A stretch of 43,010 nucleotides of DNA from Patescibacteria group bacterium UBA1400 (GCA_002305125.1 DBQG01000050.1:1-43010); one strand, 5' to 3'; positions 1 through 10,454 are shown, counted from the first letter of the stretch. A program made the numbers and translations. Notes: generated from the sequence alone by a model not told the origin.

Positions 1-28
1 AAATTACTAGATATATAAGTCTTTTCAT
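1..28 (-). CDS. 5' end of a gene running off the left edge (MKRLIYLVI..., signal-peptide-like start)
   Basis: ATG at 28 on minus strand, open to window edge; preceded by TTGACC-17-TAAGAT promoter with 6 nt to the ATG. Confidence 0.5.
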
Positions 29-34
29 AATAAT

Positions 35-63
35 ATCTTAAACCAATTTTTAATCCTGGTCAA
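35..63 (-). promoter_or_regulatory. sigma70-type promoter, probably leaderless
   Basis: Minus strand TTGACC (63-58), 17 nt spacer, TAAGAT (40-35), 6 nt to ATG at 28. Confidence 0.5.
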
Positions 64-75
64 TAATCTGCTTAT

Positions 76-675
76 TTAATTTTTTTTAAGCAAACTTTTA
101 GCTTTTTTTATATCTTGCAATAAAACTACCTTCTTTTCAGGTCTATAGGTAAGATAGGATGGATGAAAGGTAGGAACTAAAAATACTTTACCAAAACTAA
201 AACTAAGCTCAAAAAAATTTTCCCTAAGCTTGCTCATTACTTTTAAAGTTTTTAAATTAAATTTTTCCAGAAAAAAATTTACTGACGTGGCTCCAAGGGT
301 AACAATTACCCTTGGTTTAATTATTTGCATTTGATTAAGCAAAAAAGGGGCATAAAGGGCAATCTCTGCTTTTGTAGGCTTCCTGTTTTTTGGAGGTCTA
401 TCATTAACAATGTTGGTAATATAAACCTCCTCTCTTGGAAGTAAGGCTGTTTTTAAAATACTGTCAAGCCTTTTTCCTGACACCCCACAAAAAGGTTTTC
501 CCGCCTCTGCTTCATTTCTCCCGGGAGCCTCACCTACAAACATAATCCCAGCCTTAAGGCTACCATTGCCTAAAACAGGCTTATAATTATTTTTTTTACG
601 ATAACCATACAAAGGTGAATTTGTTAATCTTTCTAACTCAATCTGAAGTTCTTTTAATCTTTGTTTTTTGGTCAC
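76..675 (-). CDS. Uracil-DNA glycosylase, family 4-like
   Basis: Motif A FVGEAPG, YITN..RPP.NR.P, motif B TFHPS; GTG start. Confidence 0.92.
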   Translation of the reverse strand: MTKKQRLKELQIELERLTNSPLYGYRKKNNYKPVLGNGSLKAGIMFVGEAPGRNEAEAGKPFCGVSGKRLDSILKTALLPREEVYITNIVNDRPPKNRKPTKAEIALYAPFLLNQMQIIKPRVIVTLGATSVNFFLEKFNLKTLKVMSKLRENFFELSFSFGKVFLVPTFHPSYLTYRPEKKVVLLQDIKKAKSLLKKN

Positions 676-707
676 AAACGTATTTTAACAACTTCTTTTT
701 AAGATAA

Positions 708-2480
708 CTACCTCTTTTTTTTCTGTTTTAAAAATTGAGTAAAAGCTGCTAAAGAATAGGTGTTTAAAACATCTTTAGCTTCTAGCCAGCCTCTTCTAGC
801 CTGATAAACACCATATTTTAAATAAAAAAGTTCTTCAGGACTATGGGCATCGCTGGAAAGAGAAAACTTAACCCCTACCTGCTTTGCCTGCATTATATTT
901 TCATCATTTAAATCAAGCCGTGATGGTTGACTGTTTATCTCCAGCAAAACTTGATTTTTTACCGCCATTTTAAAAATTTTTTCTAGGTTAAGTTTGTAAG
1001 GTTCTCTTTTTTGAATAATTCTACCTGTAGGATGGGCAATAATATTACAGTAGGGATTTTCCATTGCCTTAATAAGCCTTTGTGTTTGTTTTTCTAAAGA
1101 AAGATTAAATTTAGAATGAATAGCGCAAACAACTAAATCCAACTGCTTTAAAATTTTATTTGGTAAATCTAAGCTTCCGTCTTCTTTAATATCAACTTCA
1201 ATACCAGCAAACACATGAAGTTCGGAGATTTTTTCATTAAACCGTTTAATTTTTGCTACTTGCTTAATAATCTTTTTTTCATCCAAACCCTGAGTAATTC
1301 CTATAAAACTTGAGTGATCAGTTATGGCAATATATTCTCTACCAAGCTTTTTTGCCCTGCCCGCCATCTGTTCAAACGAAGAGGTACCATCACTACTTTT
1401 AGTATGCATTTGCAAATCACCTTTTAAATCTTTTAACTTAACAAGGTGGGGAAGATTATTATTTAAAGCTGCCTCCACTTCTCCTTTATCTTCCCTTAGC
1501 TCGGGAGGAATATAATCAAGGCCTAAAAGTTTATAAATTTCTTTTTCTGTTTGACCGGCGATTCTTTTTCCTCCTTTAAAAACTCCATACTCATTAACTT
1601 TTAGTCCCTTATCTAAAGCTATATTTCTAATTTTTATATTATGAGCTTTTGATCCGGTAAAATAAAAAAGGGCTGCTCCTTCGCTTTTAGGTACAACCAC
1701 CCTTAAATCAACTTGCAGACTGGGATTAGTAATAACAGAAGCTTTTGTTTCTCCCTGCGACAAAATATCTTTAATTTCCGGAAACCTGGTAAATCTTCTA
1801 CTTACCTGGTTAGGGTCGCTGCTTATAGCTAAAATATCAATATCACCAATAGTCTCTTTTTTTCTTCTATAACTTCCTGCTACAAAAACTTTTTTAACCA
1901 ACTTATCTTGAGAAATCCAGGAAGTTAAAGGTTTTAGATACTGTTCAATTGTTTTAAATTTGATTCTTTCCTTTTTTGTAGCATCCTGCTCTAAGGCTTT
2001 TTTGAGCTGAGCTGTAATTTTTCTGCCAAACCCTTTAAGCTGGGACACTTCATTTTGCATTAACTTATTTCTTAAGTCTTGTTTATTTTTGATTTTCAGC
2101 TGAAGATAAAGATCATGAACCCTTTTGGGACCAAGAGCTGGTAGTTCTAAAAGAGAAGTTAAACCTTCAGGTACTTGCTTTTTCAGTCTTTGCAGCTGTT
2201 TTAAACCGCCTGTTTTAACTATTTCTTTGATTTTTATCTCAAGGTCTTTGCCGATCCCAGGAAGTTTAGTTAAATCCCTGCCTTCTTCAATCAAGTTTTG
2301 GATTTGCCAGGGCAAACGCTCAATGGTTCTGACCGCTTCTCTGTAGGCTCTGATGCGAAACTCGTTATCTCCCTTAATATCCAAAAGGTCAGCCACTTTG
2401 GTAAAAATCTCTACTATTTCAGAGTTATAAATAATTTTGGAAAAAGAAGATTTACCATCATCTTTAACTTTTTTAATCAT
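708..2480 (-). CDS. polX: DNA polymerase X with C-terminal PHP domain
   Basis: HhH motifs (LPGIG, LPALGPK), AGSYRR, GDIDIL and VDLRVV catalytic aspartates, YFTGSK; PHP motifs DLQMHT, ITDHS, AHPTGR, SDAH. Confidence 0.96.
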   Translation of the reverse strand: MIKKVKDDGKSSFSKIIYNSEIVEIFTKVADLLDIKGDNEFRIRAYREAVRTIERLPWQIQNLIEEGRDLTKLPGIGKDLEIKIKEIVKTGGLKQLQRLKKQVPEGLTSLLELPALGPKRVHDLYLQLKIKNKQDLRNKLMQNEVSQLKGFGRKITAQLKKALEQDATKKERIKFKTIEQYLKPLTSWISQDKLVKKVFVAGSYRRKKETIGDIDILAISSDPNQVSRRFTRFPEIKDILSQGETKASVITNPSLQVDLRVVVPKSEGAALFYFTGSKAHNIKIRNIALDKGLKVNEYGVFKGGKRIAGQTEKEIYKLLGLDYIPPELREDKGEVEAALNNNLPHLVKLKDLKGDLQMHTKSSDGTSSFEQMAGRAKKLGREYIAITDHSSFIGITQGLDEKKIIKQVAKIKRFNEKISELHVFAGIEVDIKEDGSLDLPNKILKQLDLVVCAIHSKFNLSLEKQTQRLIKAMENPYCNIIAHPTGRIIQKREPYKLNLEKIFKMAVKNQVLLEINSQPSRLDLNDENIMQAKQVGVKFSLSSDAHSPEELFYLKYGVYQARRGWLEAKDVLNTYSLAAFTQFLKQKKKR

Positions 2481-2581
2481 AAGAAAATAAAATTTATTCT
2501 TTTTAACTGCTTAAAATATAAAGAGAAAACTTTAAAACGCCGTAAGAAAAGAGTAAGAAAAAGGTAAACAAAAAAAGTAAA

Positions 2582-3466
2582 TTAGTCTTTAAAAGTTTGT
2601 TCTAATTCTTTTAATAAATCTTTTTGTTTTTTAGTTAATTTTTTTGGTATTTGAAGCTGCAATCTCACATACATATCTCCCTGGCCCAATCTTTGCGGAT
2701 GAACTATGCCTTTCCCTCTCAATCTCAACATTGTTCCCGGCTGAGTTCCTGATCTTATTTTAACTTTAATAAACTTACCCTCTAATGTCTCTACTTGAAT
2801 ATTGCCTCCCAAAATTGCTGTGGTTAAAGGTATTTGCTTGTCCACAAACACGTCCAAACCTTCTCTTTTAAAATCACTATGAGACCCCACGCTAACGCTG
2901 ACGACAAAATCCTTAAATCTTATGGTTGTCCCCGTATCAACTCCTGCTGGAATCTTTATCTTATACTCTTTACCTCTATGAACAATAGTTTTTTCCAACC
3001 CCTTAACAGCTTCCATAAACTCAAGGTTTAAGTGATATCTTGTCAGTTGTCTTGCTTGTCTTCCCCTAAAAGGAGAACGAGCGCCAAAAAAAGATTCAAA
3101 GATTTCAAAAGGATCGGTGAAACCCTCAAAGTCAAAATCAACACCTGCAAAAGGAGATCTACCTGAGGTAGTATAAGTGTAAGTAAAAGGTCCTGATTTA
3201 TAAGCTTGAGAAAAGGGTCCCTGACCACCACCCTGGGCCGGATCAAAAGCTGCATGTCCAAACTGATCATAAGCCTGACGTTTCTCCTGATCAGATAAAA
3301 CTTCGTAGGCTTCATTTATCTGTTTAAATTTTTGCTCTGCTTCTTTAGATTGATTTTTATCAGGATGATACTCTAAAGCTAATTTTCTGTAGGCTTGTTT
3401 TAATTCCTGAGCACTAGCAGTTTTAGAAACACCTAAAATTTCGTAATAATCTTTTTTGGTTACCAT
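2582..3466 (-). CDS. dnaJ: DnaJ-family co-chaperone lacking the zinc-finger region (class B/CbpA-like architecture)
   Basis: J domain DYYEILGV...YHPDKN, G/F-rich region, C-terminal domain, no CxxCxGxG repeats; follows dnaK. Confidence 0.9.
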   Translation of the reverse strand: MVTKKDYYEILGVSKTASAQELKQAYRKLALEYHPDKNQSKEAEQKFKQINEAYEVLSDQEKRQAYDQFGHAAFDPAQGGGQGPFSQAYKSGPFTYTYTTSGRSPFAGVDFDFEGFTDPFEIFESFFGARSPFRGRQARQLTRYHLNLEFMEAVKGLEKTIVHRGKEYKIKIPAGVDTGTTIRFKDFVVSVSVGSHSDFKREGLDVFVDKQIPLTTAILGGNIQVETLEGKFIKVKIRSGTQPGTMLRLRGKGIVHPQRLGQGDMYVRLQLQIPKKLTKKQKDLLKELEQTFKD

Positions 3467-3586
3467 ATTTTTATAAACTCATTAATTTAAATAATTTTTA
3501 TTACTTTTATTTTTTCCTATTTTGGTAAACCTGTTTTTAACAAACATCTTATTATTTTAATAAAAGCATAGTTTTACTTTAAAGCA

Positions 3587-3610
3587 TAGGCTCGCCAAAA
3601 GACGAGCCTA
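3587..3610 (-). terminator. Stem-loop between dnaK and dnaJ (terminator or mRNA stabiliser)
   Basis: Minus strand TAGGCTCGTC-TTTT-GGCGAGCCTA, 10 bp stem with one G-U pair, followed by only a weak U tract (TGCTTT). Confidence 0.6.
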
Positions 3611-3632
3611 AATATTATTTTTTAAGATCTTT

Positions 3633-5552
3633 TTAATCCTCTACAACCTCACCCTCTTCAACATCTTTGTCTTTATCCTTCTCCTTATTTTCCTCTTTAT
3701 CTTCCTGTTTGTTTCCCTTGGCTTGCTTTTGGGTCTGCTCTTTTTCTGCCTGATCTTTATAGATCTTTTCCCCTATTTTTTGTAATTTCTCAGATAAAAG
3801 ATTCCCGGCACTTTCTAAATCTTCTTTACTTGCCTCTTCCTTGCTAACAAGCTCCTTTAGTTTCTTTATCTCTTCTTCTATTTCTTTTCTTTCCTTATCA
3901 TCAACTTTGTCGCCATGCTCTTTTAAGGTTTTTTCAGCGTTAAAAGCTAAAGATTCTGCTTTGTTTTTTGCTTCTACCAGCTCTTTTTTAATCTTATCAT
4001 CCTGAGCATGTTTTTCTGCTTCTTTTGTCATCTTTTCCACTTCATCATCAGATAATCCGGTTGAACCCTTAATAATAATGCTTTGTTCTTTGCCAGTTCC
4101 TTTATCTTTAGCTTTAACATTTAAAATCCCGTTAGCATCAAGATCAAAAGTAACTTCTATTTGAGGAACGCCTCTTGGAGCCGGCGGAATCCCCTCTAAA
4201 ACAAACCTTCCCAAAGATTTATTATCCTGAGCCATAGGTCTTTCTCCCTGTAGAACATGAATTTCAACCTGGGGCTGATTTTCTGAAGCCGTAGAAAAAA
4301 CTTGCGACTTAGAGGTAGGAATAGTTGTGTTTCTTGTTATTAGGGGCGTCATAACTCCACCTAAAGTTTCTACCCCCAGAGTTAAAGGTGTTACGTCTAA
4401 CAAAAGAACATCCTTAACATCTCCAGCCAATACGCCTGCTTGAACAGCAACTCCGATTGCCACCACTTCATCAGGATTAACAGACTTGTTTGGTTCTTTA
4501 CCAAAAAACTCTTTTACCTTCTCCTGAATCTTAGGCATTCTTGTTTGCCCGCCAACCAAAATAACCTGATTAATATCAGCAGCCTTAAGTTTAGCGTCTT
4601 TTAAAGCCTCTTCTACAGGTTTAATCGTTTGAATAATAAGATCATCTACTAACTCTTCCAATTTAGCCCGGGTTAATTTCATAGTTAAATGGAGCGGCTG
4701 ACCATCTTTGCTTTGGGTAATAAAAGGCTGACTAATCTCTACTTCTTGAGTAGAAGATAGCTCTACCTTGGCTTTTTCAGCCGCATCTTTAATTCTTTGC
4801 AAAGCTTGCTTATCTTGTTTAAGATCAATACCATGTTCTTTTTTAAACTCTGTATTAATCCAATCAATTATTCTTTGATCAAAATCATCTCCACCTAAAA
4901 AGGTATCTCCATTGGTAGCTTTAACTTCATAAACACCATCTCCCAATTCTAAAATGGAAATATCAAAAGTACCGCCACCTAAATCATAAACAGCAATAGT
5001 TTCTGCTTGCTTCTTTTCCATTCCATAAGCTAAGGCTGCTGCTGTCGGCTCATTAATAATCCTTTTTACGTTTAAACCGGCGATTTCTCCTGCTTGTTTG
5101 GTTGCCTGTCTTTGGGCATCGTTAAAATAAGCAGGAACTGTAACAACTGCTTCTTTAACCTCTCCACCTAAATAACTTTCTGCATCTGCCTTAGCTTTTT
5201 GCAAAATCTTGGCCGATATTTCCTGAGGCGTATATTCCTTACCCCCAACTTCAACCACAGCCATATTATTTTTACTAGCTTTAATCGGGTAAGAAACCAT
5301 ATCTTTGGTTTTAGAAACCTGTGGATCATCAATCTTTCTTCCCATCAATCTTTTAATGCTATAAATTGTTTTTTCAGGATTTAAAACCATCTGTCTTTTA
5401 GCCAGTCTTCCCACTAAGTTTTTTTCCGGCTCTACTACTGAAGGAATTAGGTTTTCTCCTTCGGCCGTAGGAATAACCTTAGGTTTACCACCCTCCATTA
5501 CAGCTACTACTGAATTAGTAGTACCTAAATCAATACCAATGATTTTAGCCAT
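3633..5552 (-). CDS. dnaK: Chaperone DnaK (Hsp70)
   Basis: [32 protein letters not shown]; start moved to ATG 5552 (MAKII) because GGAGG lies just upstream. Confidence 0.98.
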   Translation of the reverse strand: MAKIIGIDLGTTNSVVAVMEGGKPKVIPTAEGENLIPSVVEPEKNLVGRLAKRQMVLNPEKTIYSIKRLMGRKIDDPQVSKTKDMVSYPIKASKNNMAVVEVGGKEYTPQEISAKILQKAKADAESYLGGEVKEAVVTVPAYFNDAQRQATKQAGEIAGLNVKRIINEPTAAALAYGMEKKQAETIAVYDLGGGTFDISILELGDGVYEVKATNGDTFLGGDDFDQRIIDWINTEFKKEHGIDLKQDKQALQRIKDAAEKAKVELSSTQEVEISQPFITQSKDGQPLHLTMKLTRAKLEELVDDLIIQTIKPVEEALKDAKLKAADINQVILVGGQTRMPKIQEKVKEFFGKEPNKSVNPDEVVAIGVAVQAGVLAGDVKDVLLLDVTPLTLGVETLGGVMTPLITRNTTIPTSKSQVFSTASENQPQVEIHVLQGERPMAQDNKSLGRFVLEGIPPAPRGVPQIEVTFDLDANGILNVKAKDKGTGKEQSIIIKGSTGLSDDEVEKMTKEAEKHAQDDKIKKELVEAKNKAESLAFNAEKTLKEHGDKVDDKERKEIEEEIKKLKELVSKEEASKEDLESAGNLLSEKLQKIGEKIYKDQAEKEQTQKQAKGNKQEDKEENKEKDKDKDVEEGEVVED

Positions 5553-6012
5553 TTTTAGCCTCCTTTTTCTTTTTTCCCTGTCCAACCTTAACCTTGGCAG
5601 GTCTTAAAACTTTATCATTTAATAAATAACCTTTTTGCACAATCTCCACAACCTTATTCTCCTCACCCTCAACAACCTCAAGGCAGTCCATCAACATTGG
5701 TTCAAACTCTTTGCCTAAAGCTTTTATTTCTTCAACCCCTTCTGTCTGTAAAACTGCATTAAATTGACTAATAGCCATTTTTAGACCCTCGTCCTTTAAA
5801 TACTGCTGAGCTCTTTCAAGATCATCTAAAACTGCCAGGAGTTTATCTATCAAAGCTGCATTAGAAAACTTCACAAAGTCTTGTTTTTCTGCCTGGACTC
5901 TTTTTTCTAAGTTCTGATAATCTGCCAAAGCTCTTTTCCATTTGTCTGTCAGCTGATCTATCTGCTGCTGAAGGTTCTTAAGACTATTTTTATTTAGTGT
6001 TTTACTTATCAT
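5545..6012 (-). CDS. grpE: Nucleotide exchange factor GrpE
   Basis: [15 protein letters not shown]...VLRPAKVKV; lies between hrcA and dnaK. Confidence 0.96.
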   Translation of the reverse strand: MISKTLNKNSLKNLQQQIDQLTDKWKRALADYQNLEKRVQAEKQDFVKFSNAALIDKLLAVLDDLERAQQYLKDEGLKMAISQFNAVLQTEGVEEIKALGKEFEPMLMDCLEVVEGEENKVVEIVQKGYLLNDKVLRPAKVKVGQGKKKKEAKNG

Positions 6013-6734
6013 GAGCTTACTATCTCTTCAATTAACTGAGTAATATACCTAAGATTGGGAAAGATAGACGGATAATCTAACCTGCAAGAACCAACAACTC
6101 CTAAATGACCATTTAGTCTTGGTGTTTTAAAGTCAGCAAAAACAAAGCCGCAAGACTGAAGCAGTTGTATTCCCAGATCCTCTCCCAGCAGAATATGAAT
6201 TTCTTCCCCACCAACTGCTTTATTTAAAATCTTTTTAATAACTTCAATGTCATCAAGTAAAGATAAAACGGTTCTAGCCACATCTATATCATAAAACTCA
6301 GGATCGTTTAAAATATTAGCGTATCCTGCATGATAAAAATCTCCATGATCAGTAGTGGCAATAGCAAGTGATTGAGTTTTTTCTGATAAAACCCTAACTG
6401 TTTCTTGAAGAAGCTTGTTGGCCTCAGTTCTATAATCCCAAATTTTTCCTTTTACAGCCACTTCATCGGCAACAGAAAGATCTTTTTCTTCCATTAACCG
6501 ATTAACATAAAACTTAAGCGCCATGGGAGTAGGAACTCTGCCGGCAGAGATATGGGGTTGTTTTAAAAACCCTTGAGTTGTTAACACTACCATTTCATTC
6601 CTAATAGTAGCTGGAGAAATTCCAAGGTGATATTTTTTATCTAACACTTCTGAACCAACAGGAGTGGCGGTTTCCAAATATTCCTCAATAACTGCTCTTA
6701 ATATTTGGATTTGCCGGTCATTTAAATCTATCAT
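6009..6734 (-). CDS. hrcA: Heat-inducible transcription repressor HrcA (short form)
   Basis: PVGS...SPATIRNEM..L...G.L.QPH.SAGRVPT winged helix; C-terminal GVVG..RLDY; CIRCE-like site upstream. Confidence 0.93.
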   Translation of the reverse strand: MIDLNDRQIQILRAVIEEYLETATPVGSEVLDKKYHLGISPATIRNEMVVLTTQGFLKQPHISAGRVPTPMALKFYVNRLMEEKDLSVADEVAVKGKIWDYRTEANKLLQETVRVLSEKTQSLAIATTDHGDFYHAGYANILNDPEFYDIDVARTVLSLLDDIEVIKKILNKAVGGEEIHILLGEDLGIQLLQSCGFVFADFKTPRLNGHLGVVGSCRLDYPSIFPNLRYITQLIEEIVSS

Positions 6735-6756
6735 AATCCCCCTATCTGGACAGTCT

Positions 6757-6783
6757 TTAGCAGTATTTAAGCATGACTGCTAA
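6757..6783 (-). promoter_or_regulatory. CIRCE-like HrcA operator (variant), immediately downstream of a TTGACA -35 box at 6793-6788
   Basis: Minus strand TTAGCAGTC-N9-TACTGCTAA versus canonical TTAGCACTC-N9-GAGTGCTAA, 22 nt upstream of the hrcA start. Confidence 0.85.
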
Positions 6784-6811
6784 TAGTTGTCAAGAACTAG
6801 TTAAATTTTGC

Positions 6812-8611
6812 TTATTTAGCTTCCAATACTGCCATAAAAGCCTCTTGAGGAATAGCAATCCTACCAATCTGCTTTAATCTTTTCTTGCCTTTTTTCTGTT
6901 TTTTTAATAACTTATCTTTTCTCGTCTGATCGCCGCCATAAAGTTTAGCCGTCACATCTTTTCTTAAAGCTTTTATTGTTTCCCGAGCTACAATTCTATT
7001 GTTTAGGGCAACTTGAATAGGCACTTCAAATTGCTGGGAAGGAATAACTTCTTTAAGTTTTTTTGCCAAACTCTTAGCCCTAAGCTCCCCCTTGTTAGTG
7101 GCCACAATCATGGATAAAGCTTCAATATTTTGCTTATTGATAAAAACCTCAAGCTTAGTGGCTTTAAAAGCTTTAAAATCCATCATTTCATAGTCTAAGC
7201 TGGCAAAACCAGAAGAAACAGATTTTAGCTCATCGTAAAAACCTTCAATTAGTTCTATCAGGGGCATGGCAAATTCCAAGTTAACATATTCACCATAATA
7301 AACCTGATTTTGAAGATGAGCTCTTTTTTGCTGACAAAGTTCAAAGATGTTACCCAAATATCCTATGGGAGTAAAAATAGATATTTTTACCCAAGGTTCC
7401 TTAACTTCTTTAACTTGAGCCATATCAGGTAATTGACTGGCATTATAGATAATTTTTTCACTGTTGTCCTGTAAGGTTATTTTATACTCTACACTGGGAC
7501 TAGTAATCACAATGTCTAAATTAAAATCCCTTTCCAACCTTTCCTGAGTAATCAGGCCATGAAATACACCTAAAAAACCAACTCTAAATCCTTTTCCTAA
7601 AGCAGGAGAGCCGGTAGAATTATAGTTTAAGGCAAAATCGTTAAGCTTTAACTGCTCCAAGGCATCAGCAAGTAAAGGAAAATCTTTATTTTCAACCGGA
7701 TAAAAATCAAAAAATACAACCGGCTGAGGTTCTCTATAACCAGGTAATGGTTCAACATTTTTTGCCTTATCTAAAGTTATGGTATCGCCTACCTGACAAA
7801 GACTGATGTCTTTTAGCCCAGTAGCCAAATAACCCACTTCTCCATTTTTTAGTTTAATCTGCTGCCTAGGCTGGGGAGCCAAATATCCTACTTCTAAAGG
7901 CTGAAAGATGCCTCCACTTCCTAAAAAACGCAACTTTTGCTCTTTTTTTAGTTTTAAATCAATCTCACCGTCTACAACCCTTAGATAAACAACCACTCCT
8001 TTATGAAGATGATAAAAAGAATCAAAAACCAAAGCCCTTAATGGCTTTTCTTCTTCTCCTAAGGGAGAAGAAACTCTTTCAATTACTTTTTGACAAACCT
8101 CAGCCACATTTTCTCCTGTTTTAGCAGAAACAAAAATAATTTCATCCGCTGAAAAACCAAGACTGTCTATTAGTTCTTGAGCCACTTTTTCAGGCTGAGC
8201 ATTACTCAAATCAACCTTATTAACAACGGGAATAATGGTTAAATCAAGATTTTTGGCTAAACGGAAATTAGCCAGTGTTTGGGCCTGAATTCCCTGGGTT
8301 GCATCAACCAACAAAACAGCGCCCTCACAGCCAGCCAATGAGCGAGATACCTCATAAGAAAAATCAATGTGTCCTGGAGTATCAATTAAGTTTAAAATAT
8401 AGTCAACTCCTTTATAGTTATAATTCATTCTCACTGGAGCCAGCTTAATAGTTACTCCTCTTTCCTGGGAAATAGGGTGGGAATCCAAAAAGCGCTCATG
8501 CATTAACCGCGGATCAACTGTTTTAGTTATTTCAAGCAAGCGATCAGTTAAAGTGGTTTTACCATGATCAATATGAGCAATAATGGAAAAGTTACGGATA
8601 TTATCTTTCAT
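6812..8611 (-). CDS. lepA: Translation elongation factor 4 (LepA)
   Basis: IRNFSIIAHIDHGKTTL, DTPGH, NKVD, GFRVGFLG, RKDVTAKLYGGD..RK.KLL. Confidence 0.97.
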   Translation of the reverse strand: MKDNIRNFSIIAHIDHGKTTLTDRLLEITKTVDPRLMHERFLDSHPISQERGVTIKLAPVRMNYNYKGVDYILNLIDTPGHIDFSYEVSRSLAGCEGAVLLVDATQGIQAQTLANFRLAKNLDLTIIPVVNKVDLSNAQPEKVAQELIDSLGFSADEIIFVSAKTGENVAEVCQKVIERVSSPLGEEEKPLRALVFDSFYHLHKGVVVYLRVVDGEIDLKLKKEQKLRFLGSGGIFQPLEVGYLAPQPRQQIKLKNGEVGYLATGLKDISLCQVGDTITLDKAKNVEPLPGYREPQPVVFFDFYPVENKDFPLLADALEQLKLNDFALNYNSTGSPALGKGFRVGFLGVFHGLITQERLERDFNLDIVITSPSVEYKITLQDNSEKIIYNASQLPDMAQVKEVKEPWVKISIFTPIGYLGNIFELCQQKRAHLQNQVYYGEYVNLEFAMPLIELIEGFYDELKSVSSGFASLDYEMMDFKAFKATKLEVFINKQNIEALSMIVATNKGELRAKSLAKKLKEVIPSQQFEVPIQVALNNRIVARETIKALRKDVTAKLYGGDQTRKDKLLKKQKKGKKRLKQIGRIAIPQEAFMAVLEAK

Positions 8612-10274
8612 CTAAAATCTCTTCTGATTGGGATAAAACCTGGCGCCAACGTCCAAATCTTTGTAAAACTAAAAGGTAATGTTTAAGCTGTTGAATTTTA
8701 AGCAGTAAAGAAAGGATAAAATAAACAACGATGCCGGAAATTAACACAATTAAAGTCAGAAAAATAAGATTTATAGTTTTAGTGGTATCCAAAATATAAC
8801 GGTCTAAAATCCTCATAGGCCACCATAAAAACAAGCCTGATAAAAAGGTAGCCAAAATCATCTTAGCAAGCGGGAGAAAAACCTTAGCTCCAAATAATGA
8901 CCCTATTTTCTTTTCTAAAAATAAAAGTAAAAGGACAAAATGAACAAGACTTGCTAAAGTTATAGCCAAAGCTAGCCCTAAAATATTAAAATCAAATTTA
9001 AAGACAAATATAAAACTTAAACCAACATTGACCAGTACGGCAACTAATTTTAAAATTAAAGGTGTTACTGTATCCTGGAAAGCATAAAAGGTTCTCACTA
9101 AAAGCTCTATGGCTCCTTGGCTAAAAATAGACAAAGCCAACACTCCTACCACCTGCCCTGTTAAAAGAGTTGCCTCCCAGGGAAAATTTTTAGCTCCAAA
9201 AGCAAGTCTTACAGTCGGAACTCTTAAAACTAACAAAATAATACTTGCTGGCAAAGCTAGATAAAATATTTGGTGAAAAGAGGAAATAAATAATTCCTTA
9301 AAATTATTAAGATCTTTTTTGCTTTCTCGTGCCAATGTGGGCAAAGCCGCCTGTCCAATAGTTAAACCAAACAAACTAATGGGTAAATTACTAAGATGCT
9401 GAGCAAAGTTATAAATTGACAAAGAACCGGCAGCTAAAGACGTGGCTACAAAAACGGCGAAGCTTAAACTAATTTGATCTAGAGCAAAACTTAAAGTTCT
9501 GGGAACCATAAGTTTGGCAATTTTTTTTATTCCCTTATCTTTTAAGTCCAATTTAAAGCTATAGTTAAACCCTAAATTTTTAGCTAAAGGATACTGAACC
9601 AAACCATGAAGCAAAGCTCCTAAAACAACTCCTAGAATGGGACCATAAATTCCTACTACAGGAGTTAAAACAATAATTCCTATAATAATACCTAAATTAT
9701 ACAAAACTGAAGAAAAAGCAGGAAGTAAAAATCTTTGATTAGACTGTAAAATACCAGTAAGAAAATTAGAATAAACAAAAAATCCTTGAGCAATTAAAAG
9801 CATTCTTATTAAAGAGACCATTAAATTAAGCTCCTCTGCACTTAAACTGTGAGTAATTAAAATGCTTAAGGGTTTGGCAAAGACAAAAACTAATCCTGCC
9901 AGAAGAAAATAAATGATCATTCCTAAGTTTAGAACTGAATTGGCAAGAGAATATGCCCTCTTTTCATCCTCAACCAAGTATTCACTAAAAACAGGAATAA
10001 AAGCAGCAGAAAGAGTCCCTAGAACTAAAACCTGAAAAATCATATCAGGAATGCGAAAAGAAGCAAAGTAAATATCAAGCTGCCATTGTTGACCGGGAAT
10101 AAAAAAGTTAGCTGCCAGCAGTCTGTCTCTAATTAAACCTAAAATTCCCGAAGCTAAAATCATCACCATTAAAATAATGGCAGCTGATAAAATATTAGTC
10201 TGCTTTCTTTTAAATAAAATTTTACCGTTTTTAACAAAACTTAGTTTTCTGAAAAAGTCTGTTTTTATGCTCAT
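8601..10274 (-). CDS. murJ: Lipid II flippase MurJ/MviN
   Basis: ILGLIRD, FRIPD, LSAAFIPVF, P..LFG..IG.AALP.L, R.FYA.QDT.TP; many TM segments; divergent from rpsT. Confidence 0.93.
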   Translation of the reverse strand: MSIKTDFFRKLSFVKNGKILFKRKQTNILSAAIILMVMILASGILGLIRDRLLAANFFIPGQQWQLDIYFASFRIPDMIFQVLVLGTLSAAFIPVFSEYLVEDEKRAYSLANSVLNLGMIIYFLLAGLVFVFAKPLSILITHSLSAEELNLMVSLIRMLLIAQGFFVYSNFLTGILQSNQRFLLPAFSSVLYNLGIIIGIIVLTPVVGIYGPILGVVLGALLHGLVQYPLAKNLGFNYSFKLDLKDKGIKKIAKLMVPRTLSFALDQISLSFAVFVATSLAAGSLSIYNFAQHLSNLPISLFGLTIGQAALPTLARESKKDLNNFKELFISSFHQIFYLALPASIILLVLRVPTVRLAFGAKNFPWEATLLTGQVVGVLALSIFSQGAIELLVRTFYAFQDTVTPLILKLVAVLVNVGLSFIFVFKFDFNILGLALAITLASLVHFVLLLLFLEKKIGSLFGAKVFLPLAKMILATFLSGLFLWWPMRILDRYILDTTKTINLIFLTLIVLISGIVVYFILSLLLKIQQLKHYLLVLQRFGRWRQVLSQSEEILDER

Positions 10275-10425
10275 TGCTTATTAATGATCTTTCGTTAATA
10301 CTTAAAATGGCTTTTTAATACTTAAATATAGTCTTATTAAGACAAATACTAACTTTATTTTAAACCTTTTATTCTGCTTTCATTTTATACTAAACCAAAC
10401 TGAAAAGTAGTATATTAAAAAACAC

Positions 10426-10454
10426 TTGTGATTTAAAGAAGAAAAGATTATAAT
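10426..10454 (+). promoter_or_regulatory. sigma70-type promoter for rpsT
   Basis: TTGTGA (10426-10431), 17 nt, TATAAT (10449-10454). Confidence 0.55.

Noticed and set aside
1395..1420. PolX PHP motif DLQMH (Gln for first His) as a sign of inactivation
   Set aside because: Gln occurs here in active PolX-PHP proteins such as that of Thermus thermophilus; other metal ligands are intact
1324..5384. Short ORFs overlapping polX, dnaJ and dnaK (1324, 2125, 2298, 2834, 3043, 5199)
   Set aside because: Shadow or alternate-frame ORFs of conserved genes, with no recognisable motifs
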